Positions 39,153 to 47,396 of a stretch of 64,000 nucleotides of DNA are shown here, one piece after another (positions within the stretch are counted from its first letter, which is position 1; each line of letters begins with the position of its first letter). Origin of the DNA: Candidatus Hermodarchaeota archaeon (GTDB taxonomy: Archaea > Asgardarchaeota > Thorarchaeia > Thorarchaeales > Thorarchaeaceae); the NCBI GenBank assembly GCA_048885865.1, contig JBHLLF010000006.1, positions 32,001-96,000 on the forward strand, given 5' to 3'. The notes beneath the pieces are model-generated. The model was not told the DNA's origin. It ran no database searches and saw nothing but the letters and a program-made list of their open reading frames with translations. Made by a program: the position numbers and the translations under genes.

Positions 39153-39302
39153 CACTCTATCTCATTGATTTTGACAGTCGAGTTGGATATTGCATCCTAT
39201 TTTAAAGATAGCAATATAGACAATGGAGGAATATCCGCATGGGAAACAGATATAGAGGCTATGAAGACGAGGGCGGTAACCATCCAGCGCGGGTGTATAT
39301 GA

Positions 39303-40532
39303 ATGCCTTACGACCTTATTATTGCGGGAACTGGCCCTGCAGGCTTGATGACAGCAGACAGAGCTGCGGCGAAAGGTCTCAATACTTTGGTTCTTGAAAA
39401 AAGAGAGAAGGTCACCGACTCTCTTATGGGGGAATTAGTGACCGACAACGCACTGAAGCTCCTTAGAGTGAAGCCCGACTCGGAGTATATCGGTAACAAG
39501 TACACCCAGATCATTGGTGAGAGTCTTGACACTGGGGGAAAGATTGTCGTGGGGAAGGGACTCCTCGGCAACTCCTATCTTCTCGATGAAGACAAATGCC
39601 AGGACCTCATGCGTGAACGAGCTGAGGCAGACGGGACTGAGTTCAGATATGGTGCTCGTGTGAAGTCGGTTGTTAAGGAAGGCGATCAAGTCGTTGGTGT
39701 GAAGTACAATCAGGATGACGAGGAACGGGCAGGGCTCACTGTAGGTGCTGATGGCTCGTTCAGTAGGGTTTCTGAAACAGCAGGATTCACTCATCCCAAG
39801 TGGCTCCTCTCATATGGAATCCGATGGAAACTTGAAGGCTGCAAAGGTGTTGACCCAGAGACCGCATACTTCTACGTAGCTCGCGACGTCGGGCTTGGCT
39901 ATTTGTGGTTGTACCCAAGGAGTGAGACCGAGGTCAATCTGGGTATTGGCAGAGTGCCATCCTCAAAGGAGAACTGGGAAAAGCTGCCTTCACTCTTAGA
40001 TGTCTTGAAAAAGTATCGAAAGCACATCCCTGAGTTGCGAAACTCCAAGATAGCCATGCAGAATGGAGGAGTTGTGCCTTGTGCTGGTATCATTCCTCGA
40101 TTCACTGATGCGGGTGTTTCTCTCTGTGGTAACTCAGCAGGACAGGTTTCCAGCATCGTCGGAGGAGGGGTCACAACATGCTTCCATGCAGGTACACTCC
40201 TTGCGAAACACGCTAAGAGAGCTGTTGACGAGAATGACTTCTCAAAGAAGAGCATCCACCAATATGAGAAGGAATATCGAAAGACCAAACTCGCGTCAAA
40301 CATCCAAAACACAGGGAAGGGAATGTGGGCTGTCAGCAAGTACTCAATGCACAACGATCCATTGGATGCTGCAGAGATAGTGTTGTCACAGCTTGACGCA
40401 AAGACTCTCAATGCATTGATTCAGGGACATGCAGGGGTCTCTGACATAATGACACTTCTTTCAGACTTCCTGCCTATGGTGATGCGAATAGGGAAAGGGT
40501 ATCTGAAGTCGATTGCCCTTAGTGGATTGTAG
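39303..40532 (+). CDS. Geranylgeranyl reductase-family flavoprotein
   Basis: GTGPAG, VGADG, GYLWLYP, VNLGIG, GNSAGQV...GGG. Confidence 0.85.
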   Translation: MPYDLIIAGTGPAGLMTADRAAAKGLNTLVLEKREKVTDSLMGELVTDNALKLLRVKPDSEYIGNKYTQIIGESLDTGGKIVVGKGLLGNSYLLDEDKCQDLMRERAEADGTEFRYGARVKSVVKEGDQVVGVKYNQDDEERAGLTVGADGSFSRVSETAGFTHPKWLLSYGIRWKLEGCKGVDPETAYFYVARDVGLGYLWLYPRSETEVNLGIGRVPSSKENWEKLPSLLDVLKKYRKHIPELRNSKIAMQNGGVVPCAGIIPRFTDAGVSLCGNSAGQVSSIVGGGVTTCFHAGTLLAKHAKRAVDENDFSKKSIHQYEKEYRKTKLASNIQNTGKGMWAVSKYSMHNDPLDAAEIVLSQLDAKTLNALIQGHAGVSDIMTLLSDFLPMVMRIGKGYLKSIALSGL

Positions 40533-40543
40533 GAAATGAGAGA

Positions 40544-40686
40544 GGGGGCGTACGGAGAAGAGAACATGTTGAAGCAGGGTCCGCCCCCCCGTACCCTGCT
40601 TCGTTTTCACTTGCAACATGCCCGTGGATAACCGTTCGCATCCACGCGGAGTTCCTGCATATTACCGCAACAGTAGAGTATCCGCG
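40544..40686. ncRNA. Candidate structured RNA with pseudoknot potential
   Basis: 10-bp stem GAAGCAGGGT/ACCCTGCTTC whose loop (CGCCCCC) is complementary to GGGGGCG at 40544; further stems CATGTTG/CAACATG and CGTGGAT/ATCCACG. Confidence 0.4.
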
Positions 40687-40786
40687 TACATTATAAGGCA
40701 ATTGTGGTTGTAAACATTCATCAAGTAAGTATGTTGTGAGTTTAAGCATAGATTTGAGGATACTCAGAATTGGGTTGGTCAGGATC

Positions 40787-41830
40787 ATGATTGAAGATGA
40801 AACTCTTAGAGAGGCTCTAGAAATTCTTGGCCTCAATGTGGGTACTGCTGAAGAGGAGTCGAGAACGATAGGAATACTTCGTGCGATCTTGAAGATTCGA
40901 GGAACCCCTCCTGCACCGCGCACATTCGCTGAAGTCTATGACTCTGTCCTGCAGGAAAATCCTGAGGGAAAGCTCTCGAAGGCTTGGGTGCATAGAGTGT
41001 TAAAGCCCTTAGTTGAGAACCAACTTGTGCGGGTTGAGGGTCAGTCTCGTAAGAGCTACGTTGTTGATGTTAACACAATAATGACTGGATTAGAACAGCT
41101 CAAGACTAGCAGAATAAACCAGATTCGTGATGAGTTAGAAACGCTGAAGGCGAACCAAGACCAGATCTCGAAGCTGGATTGCGGAGTATTAGCTCAGCGT
41201 TTGGTGAAATCTTTGACCGGTCAAGATGAAGCTCCAACAACTCGAATCGTTCGCGGAGTTGATGAACTAGACAGAGTCCTGAAGTACAATATAACTGATG
41301 TAGCAAAGAAAGGCGACGTGATACGAGCTACTGTGCTTTGGCTAACCCCTCTTCTAAAGGGAGGTGAAGACCGCATGATGAAGTTCATCGATGCAGCCCA
41401 GAGAGGAGCAGACGTCCGTTATCTCGTGACTCTGGATATCCTCTCAGCGGGTGAGTTGGTTGAGCGAGATATGGACCCTCAAAGGATAGACGGTATAGCT
41501 CAAGGTATAATCAAAATGCGAGAAGCTGGAATCAAGTTTGACGTGCGTGTGTTCCCAGCAGGAAGGACGTATAGTCAAGTAAGTCTGAATGACCAGAGCA
41601 CCGCATTCGTAATCACTGAGAACCCACTTACTGCAACATGGCTGACGAGAGAGTTCAATCCTGATTGGATTGATAACGCAATATCATCTTTTGACGAGAA
41701 TTGGGAAAATGCAAAGTCATTGTTCGAACTCACTGCTGATGACTTCGAAAAGATGGGAGCAAGTGACAGCCCTCTTGCGAGAATGCTAGTTGGCGGGACA
41801 GACTTAAGTAATGGGAGCAAGAAGAAGTAG
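40787..41830 (+). CDS. TrmB-like regulator 1 (wHTH + coiled coil + PLD-like sensor domain)
   Basis: LSKAWVHRVLKPLVE..LV wHTH; TRIVRGV...AKKGDVIR...RGADVRYL...FDENWENA. Confidence 0.7.
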   Translation: MIEDETLREALEILGLNVGTAEEESRTIGILRAILKIRGTPPAPRTFAEVYDSVLQENPEGKLSKAWVHRVLKPLVENQLVRVEGQSRKSYVVDVNTIMTGLEQLKTSRINQIRDELETLKANQDQISKLDCGVLAQRLVKSLTGQDEAPTTRIVRGVDELDRVLKYNITDVAKKGDVIRATVLWLTPLLKGGEDRMMKFIDAAQRGADVRYLVTLDILSAGELVERDMDPQRIDGIAQGIIKMREAGIKFDVRVFPAGRTYSQVSLNDQSTAFVITENPLTATWLTREFNPDWIDNAISSFDENWENAKSLFELTADDFEKMGASDSPLARMLVGGTDLSNGSKKK

Positions 41831-41847
41831 ACATTGAGGCGGGGGCA

Positions 41848-42759
41848 GTGACACGCCAGACGGAAGAAGCGGCACTGGAATTGGTTGGTTTTGACCCAGA
41901 TGAAAGAAGAATGGTGGTCTTGAGAGCCTTGATGAAAGCCCAGAGAAACCATGAAGCATTTGTTACTTTTGAAGACATTAAGGATGCGTTCATGATAGAG
42001 GAGGGAGAGAAAGGCGTGTCGGATCCACTTCTTTATCGAAGCCTAGCCTCATTGGAAAAGGACAGATTCATTATTGTTGACCGTACCGGGTACCGTCACA
42101 AATACGGTTCGAGTCACAAAGTGATGCGAGTCGGTCTGAAGAGGGCAAAGGAAACAGCTGTGAAGGAGCTAGAGAGAAGGGTAAGTCAGCTCGAATCTGA
42201 AATCGAGGAGCTAAGATATCTTGATTCTGGAACTCTAGCAAGCCAATTCTTGTCAATAATGACAGGTCGTCGCGTTAGACCAAAGCCCATATTTGTGGAG
42301 GGCTTAGGACCATGTTTTGGCTTAATCGAGCGAGAGATATGTAAGCAGGCAAATCGTGGTGATATTATTCGAATTACAACTGACTGGATGAGGGCAGAAA
42401 AGGATCATGAAGGCGGGATTGCTGCCCTCTTCGACTGCCTAGGAAGGAGTGGCGCAGAAACTCGAGTATTGTGTCGCTCAGAGGACAAAGATGGTTTCAC
42501 AGCGGAGCTGGCTGCAGTTATTCAGAAACTGCAAGATCAGGGTCACAATATTGAGCTGAGGAGATGCATCCGACAAGATGCCACATACCAGTTTGCGTCA
42601 AAAAGCGGAGAGGGGATGGTGTTAATCGTAGCTGAAGAACCACTAGCTGGCACTTGGATTTCCAGAGAAGCAAATACAATGCTTATGGAGGATGCGATTG
42701 AGAGCTTCTCAGAGGACTATGGAAAAGCTGAGATTCTGACGGAGTCGAGAAACCAATGA
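41848..42759 (+). CDS. TrmB-like regulator 2
   Basis: LYRSLASLEKDRFI wHTH; FVEGL...ANRGDIIR; paralogous to its neighbours. Confidence 0.7.
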   Translation: MTRQTEEAALELVGFDPDERRMVVLRALMKAQRNHEAFVTFEDIKDAFMIEEGEKGVSDPLLYRSLASLEKDRFIIVDRTGYRHKYGSSHKVMRVGLKRAKETAVKELERRVSQLESEIEELRYLDSGTLASQFLSIMTGRRVRPKPIFVEGLGPCFGLIEREICKQANRGDIIRITTDWMRAEKDHEGGIAALFDCLGRSGAETRVLCRSEDKDGFTAELAAVIQKLQDQGHNIELRRCIRQDATYQFASKSGEGMVLIVAEEPLAGTWISREANTMLMEDAIESFSEDYGKAEILTESRNQ

Positions 42760-43727
42760 GCGGAATAGGCGGCAGGGATATCTTTGAGAGAATCGGTGTG
42801 GATATGTCTTCTCGCGACATGCAGGTTCTTAAATTGCTAATTGGCATGGAGAAGAGCTCAGTTGGAGTTACTTTTGCTGAGCTCTTTGATCATCTGCAGG
42901 AGAAGGGCATGAATCTTTCAAAAGTCTGGATATACAGATGTTTGGCCCGTTTGGAGGATGAGGGTTTCGTCAGCACTGAACGAATTGAGAGCCCACGTCG
43001 ATATAAGACGTCTGAAGGAATCATCGCGGAGGCTCTGAAGACGAAGCTGTCCTCACGTGTGAATGAATTGAAGTCCGATCAAGCCGAGGTAGAAGCGGAC
43101 TTGAAGACAGTAAAAGACACAACAGTAAGAGACCTAACAATGATGGCATATGACACGATTGTGGGGAGTGTACCTATCGATACGTCGACTGTAATAGAAG
43201 GAGTCGAAAATGTGAGAAGCACACTCATAAGAGAAATTTTCCAGAAAGCAAAGCCTGGCGACGTAATAAGGCAAATCTCTTCCATACAGGTTATGGACAG
43301 AGATAATGAAACCAGTGGCGTCACCGAAATGCAACTCTTGATGAAGGCGGCAGAGGGCATCAGAGTCTGGAGCATTCTAGTACCTACAGAAGATGCATCA
43401 CGTGACCCAAGTTTAATCTCTAGATACATCGGTGGATTGGGGAAGCTCCTGCAGGAAGTCATGAAAACTGGAAACCTGGTGGTTCGAAGTCCTAAGACTC
43501 CTCTCAAGACCTATAGAATGGTTGCTCTGAACACTGACGTGATGCTTCTCTACCTCACGCACTCTCCTGCATCCGACATGGCGGCGCTTGTTCGAAGGGA
43601 AGACAATCCGGGATTGGTCGATGATGCATTGAACACATTCGAAAAGATCTGGGAAGAGGGAGTGGATATTATGGAAACAGTAGCAAGGCTGGCAAAATTA
43701 AAGGACGAGGAGGATTCGAACTCATAG
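42756..43727 (+). CDS. TrmB-like regulator 3
   Basis: LSKVWIYRCLARLEDEGFV...PRRY; VIEGVENV...AKPGDVIR...FEKIWEEG. Confidence 0.75.
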   Translation: MSGIGGRDIFERIGVDMSSRDMQVLKLLIGMEKSSVGVTFAELFDHLQEKGMNLSKVWIYRCLARLEDEGFVSTERIESPRRYKTSEGIIAEALKTKLSSRVNELKSDQAEVEADLKTVKDTTVRDLTMMAYDTIVGSVPIDTSTVIEGVENVRSTLIREIFQKAKPGDVIRQISSIQVMDRDNETSGVTEMQLLMKAAEGIRVWSILVPTEDASRDPSLISRYIGGLGKLLQEVMKTGNLVVRSPKTPLKTYRMVALNTDVMLLYLTHSPASDMAALVRREDNPGLVDDALNTFEKIWEEGVDIMETVARLAKLKDEEDSNS

Positions 43728-43730
43728 GAC

Positions 43731-44795
43731 CTATGACGGAATGACCCAGTCTGGGCCCTTGGAGAGCGTCAAGAAGATATCATCGCAGACAGCTTGAAAA
43801 TCATCATACATCCCATATTCACCACCTGCGGCATAGGGATGTCCACCTCCATTGAACAGCCCCGCTGCTACATCGCATAGGGTGGACTCATTGCCTCTTC
43901 TGAATCCGAGGAGGCCGCCTTGACTTACAGTTATCAGCAAGTCAGCCACCTTCAATCTCTGCCCCTCAATCTCAAGGTTACTCTCATCAGCGAGAAATGT
44001 CCCGAGATCAGTAGTGGTGACTCCTGTAGGTATCTCAACAATGCGAACGAGCCGGTCATGAATAAGCTGGTCACAATGGCCAGCAAGTGACTTCTTCATC
44101 TTTTTGAGGCGCTCTTTCCGATATTCGCGGACCTGTTTCTCCATTGTTGCGTCCTTGAATTTCTTCGTTTTATCGTCCCATATTCCGGCTATACCATTCT
44201 CAGCTAAGCCAGTGACTATTGGCAGCACTGCGGCACTCATGTCCTCTTTCTTATTTATAGCAGCAAATCGACTGACTGAAACCAAATCTGCGAGAGCAAC
44301 AGCTGCCTCCATTTCCCTTAGATTGAAATCAGTGTCATGTGCAATGCGTGCGAGATCAGCACAGATCTCATCCCTTGGCATGAGACTCTTGTGGGCAATC
44401 TCAGCTGCACAAAAGTCAGGGTTCACCCTAAGAACAGGATTGTTCCCTAGAGAAAGAACTGCGTCAATTGCCTGCTTACTCCATGAGTGATGGTCAAGCC
44501 AGACAACTCTGCACCCTTGTGCGACTGCCTTTGACAGGCCATCCATGGCGAAATTCATCGAGTTCTCATCAATACCAAGATCAGTAATCACTATGAGCGT
44601 ATGCCTTCGCTTAGCAACTTTCGAAAAGGCCTGATCGAAGGAGCCATAATCAGTCAGTATCATGTCAAACTTAAGACCCTTTGACTCGGCGTAGCGCCAT
44701 ACTATCGCCGCTGCATTCAGACCATCTACGTCCTTGTCATGGGAGATTGATAGTAGTCCTGTGAGTTTACTCTTGGTACCTGGGTCATTGCTCAT
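43731..44795 (-). CDS. DHH/DHHA1 phosphoesterase (NrnA/RecJ-like)
   Basis: SHDKDVDG, ITDLG, LDHH, GGGHPYAAG. Confidence 0.88.
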   Translation of the reverse strand: MSNDPGTKSKLTGLLSISHDKDVDGLNAAAIVWRYAESKGLKFDMILTDYGSFDQAFSKVAKRRHTLIVITDLGIDENSMNFAMDGLSKAVAQGCRVVWLDHHSWSKQAIDAVLSLGNNPVLRVNPDFCAAEIAHKSLMPRDEICADLARIAHDTDFNLREMEAAVALADLVSVSRFAAINKKEDMSAAVLPIVTGLAENGIAGIWDDKTKKFKDATMEKQVREYRKERLKKMKKSLAGHCDQLIHDRLVRIVEIPTGVTTTDLGTFLADESNLEIEGQRLKVADLLITVSQGGLLGFRRGNESTLCDVAAGLFNGGGHPYAAGGEYGMYDDFQAVCDDIFLTLSKGPDWVIPS

Positions 44796-44916
44796 AGTGT
44801 ATTCAGAAGGAAAATCGAAAGGGGCCTTTTCTTTCTTTCTTTAATGTACAATTAACTTGATGAAAGAATTCGGAAGTGTTTTCTATCACCGCTTACGACA
44901 ACTCCGATGGTCCAAG

Positions 44917-46788
44917 ATGGATGATGAAACTTCTGCTCGATTGATGAGCGGCAATGAAGCACTGGCTAGAGGTGCGCTTGAAGCGGGAGTGGGCTTCTGT
45001 ACATCCTACCCAGGAACACCTGCAACACAGATAACAGAATACATCATGAGAAAAGCTGAGAGTATTGGAATCCATGCAGAATGGAGTGTCAATGAAAAAG
45101 TCGCGCTTGAGGCAGCTGCGGCTGCGAGTTGGGCAGGCATACCTGCTCTCTGCTCAATGAAGTCTCTTGGCCTTAATGTCGCGTCCGATTCTCTTCTGAC
45201 TATGAATTTATCAGAATGTGGAGACGGGGGACTTGTCATTATTTTTGGTGATGATCCTGAAGGCCACTCCACTAGTACTGAGCAAGACTCTCGATTCTAT
45301 GCAAAGGCAGCACTACTACCTCTGCTAGAGCCATCGGGATACCAAGAAGCAAAGGATGTGGTGCCCTATGCCTTTGACCTCTCAAGAAAATACAAGGTAC
45401 CAGTCATTATTCGAAGCACAACTCGACTCGGTCACTCTCGCGGACTGGTTAATCCCAGCCCAATTGATAGTTATGATTACCCCAAACCCCTAAAGATGAA
45501 AGAGAAGCTCTACAATGTCCCGAATCCTCATCTAGCAAAACGGGAACTTCAGAACAAGATTCAGCGCATCTCAGAGGAATTTGACACTAGCTCATTCAAC
45601 AAGTTACGTTTGAAGAAGAATGTAGACCTTCTGACGATTGCATCTGGAATATGCCAAAGGTATGCAGAAGAGGCGAAGGAATTGGCAGGTGCAGAAAGCA
45701 GTGGAACTTTGGGACTTGTTACAACACATCCCCTACCAAGGAAGTTGATATACAAGGCAATCAATAAGGCACCTGATGTGCTCTTTCTGGAAGAATCAGA
45801 TCCATTTGTAGAGGATGCAGTGCGAGCGTTATCAACTGATTTGCCTTCCGTCAGCTGTAAGTTCCATGGTAAATGGAATGGTGCAGTACCGGCATACGGA
45901 GAAATGAATACTGACCTTGCAATCGAAGCACTGCAGAAAGCACTAGGCCTCAAATTGAAGAGGCATGATAAAAAGGAGGAAGGCCTAAGGGAAGCTGCAC
46001 GCTCGCTCCTTATTCGACGAGCCTTGACGTTCTGTGCTGGATGTACACACAGGAATGTGTACTGGGCCGTTCGCAAGGTGAAGCAGAGGTTGGGCGGAAA
46101 GCTCTCGGTGACAGGGGATATTGGTTGCTATTCCCTCGGAGTCTTCTATGATGAAGCTATAGGTACACTATTCTCAATGGGGTCAGGAATAGGGATTGCT
46201 AGCGGTCTAGGCCAACTTCATGAACTTGGGTTCGAATCTAGAGTCGCAGCAGTGGCAGGAGACTCGACTTTTCTGCATGCCTGCATACCTGCTCTGATTA
46301 ATGCGAGGCACAAGAATGCGAATGTCACATTCATGATTCTTGACAATTCCACCACAGCTATGACCGGGTTCCAGAAACATCCAGGTGCGGAAGACCAGCC
46401 CGAGGGACAAAGGATGGTGAGTGTTGAGAAGATAGTCCAAGCTATCGAACCAGACTTCTATGCTGTTGGCGATGCTGTGGACTTGTCTAGCACAATAGAC
46501 CTCATTCATGACACCATCCGTAAAGATGGCCTCAATGTTCTACTGTTCAAGAGCATTTGTAGACTTGAGGAACAGAGGATGGGAGAATCCTATTCTGAAC
46601 TAGAACCAATTTACATTGACTCAGATGCATGCCGTGGCGACAGCTGCAAGATTTGTGCTGCACAGTTTGGATGTGTAGCTCTTGGATGGCACGATGAAAC
46701 AGCGAAACCAATCGTCTATGACCATGTCTGTGTGAGATGCGGCGCCTGTGTAATGGTATGCCCACACGATGCGATCAAGCGGGGATGA
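44917..46788 (+). CDS. iorA: Indolepyruvate:ferredoxin oxidoreductase alpha
   Basis: SGNEALARGA, YPGTP, NEKVALE, FCAGCTHR, GDIGCY, GDSTF.H, C-terminal 2x4Fe-4S. Confidence 0.92.
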   Translation: MDDETSARLMSGNEALARGALEAGVGFCTSYPGTPATQITEYIMRKAESIGIHAEWSVNEKVALEAAAAASWAGIPALCSMKSLGLNVASDSLLTMNLSECGDGGLVIIFGDDPEGHSTSTEQDSRFYAKAALLPLLEPSGYQEAKDVVPYAFDLSRKYKVPVIIRSTTRLGHSRGLVNPSPIDSYDYPKPLKMKEKLYNVPNPHLAKRELQNKIQRISEEFDTSSFNKLRLKKNVDLLTIASGICQRYAEEAKELAGAESSGTLGLVTTHPLPRKLIYKAINKAPDVLFLEESDPFVEDAVRALSTDLPSVSCKFHGKWNGAVPAYGEMNTDLAIEALQKALGLKLKRHDKKEEGLREAARSLLIRRALTFCAGCTHRNVYWAVRKVKQRLGGKLSVTGDIGCYSLGVFYDEAIGTLFSMGSGIGIASGLGQLHELGFESRVAAVAGDSTFLHACIPALINARHKNANVTFMILDNSTTAMTGFQKHPGAEDQPEGQRMVSVEKIVQAIEPDFYAVGDAVDLSSTIDLIHDTIRKDGLNVLLFKSICRLEEQRMGESYSELEPIYIDSDACRGDSCKICAAQFGCVALGWHDETAKPIVYDHVCVRCGACVMVCPHDAIKRG

Positions 46789-46791
46789 CCA

Positions 46792-47388
46792 ATGAAAGGT
46801 GACTACAACATCTTAATTGCCGGTGTGGGAGGCCAGGGCAATCTTGTGTGTGGCAGAATTCTCTCCGAAGCTGCACTTCAGCAAGGGCTTCGTTCAGTGG
46901 TAGGGGAGACCTTTGGAGCTTCAAGAAGAGGCGGCACAGTTCTGACCCATCTTCGAATCAGTAAACAGGACAGAGGGCCTCTGATACCAAGAGGGAAAGC
47001 AGACCTCATATTGGGAATGGAGCCGCTTGAAACCTTGAGAGCAGCCATCGAGTACGCGAGTCAACAGACCGTTGTAGTTGTCAGTACCGCGATAGTTGAA
47101 ACACCAAGCTCCCTATCTGATACTGAGGAATATCCGCCAATGGAAAAGATCATCGAATCACTCCGGACTCTTTGTGGAGATGTCATTGCACTTGACCCAG
47201 AAGAGGCGTTGGAGAATGCAGGAGGCTTGCGGTCGCTGAACTCCTACATGATTGGTGCCGTGTCAGTTTTGAAAGAGATTCCTTTGAGCAAGGACGAAAT
47301 TCGCAAAGCGATAATCGCTACACTTCGGAATCCAGAACTGAATCTTGCAGCGTACGATGCAGGGACTGCTGATGTCCTCAAGTCGTGA
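46792..47388 (+). CDS. iorB: Indolepyruvate:ferredoxin oxidoreductase beta
   Basis: AGVGGQG, ETFGASRRGG.V, EPLETLR. Confidence 0.9.
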   Translation: MKGDYNILIAGVGGQGNLVCGRILSEAALQQGLRSVVGETFGASRRGGTVLTHLRISKQDRGPLIPRGKADLILGMEPLETLRAAIEYASQQTVVVVSTAIVETPSSLSDTEEYPPMEKIIESLRTLCGDVIALDPEEALENAGGLRSLNSYMIGAVSVLKEIPLSKDEIRKAIIATLRNPELNLAAYDAGTADVLKS

Positions 47389-47396
47389 CGGTGGTC

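Noticed and set aside
40519-40923. 134-aa minus-strand ORF
   Set aside because: It overlaps both flanking genes antisense and has no recognisable motifs.
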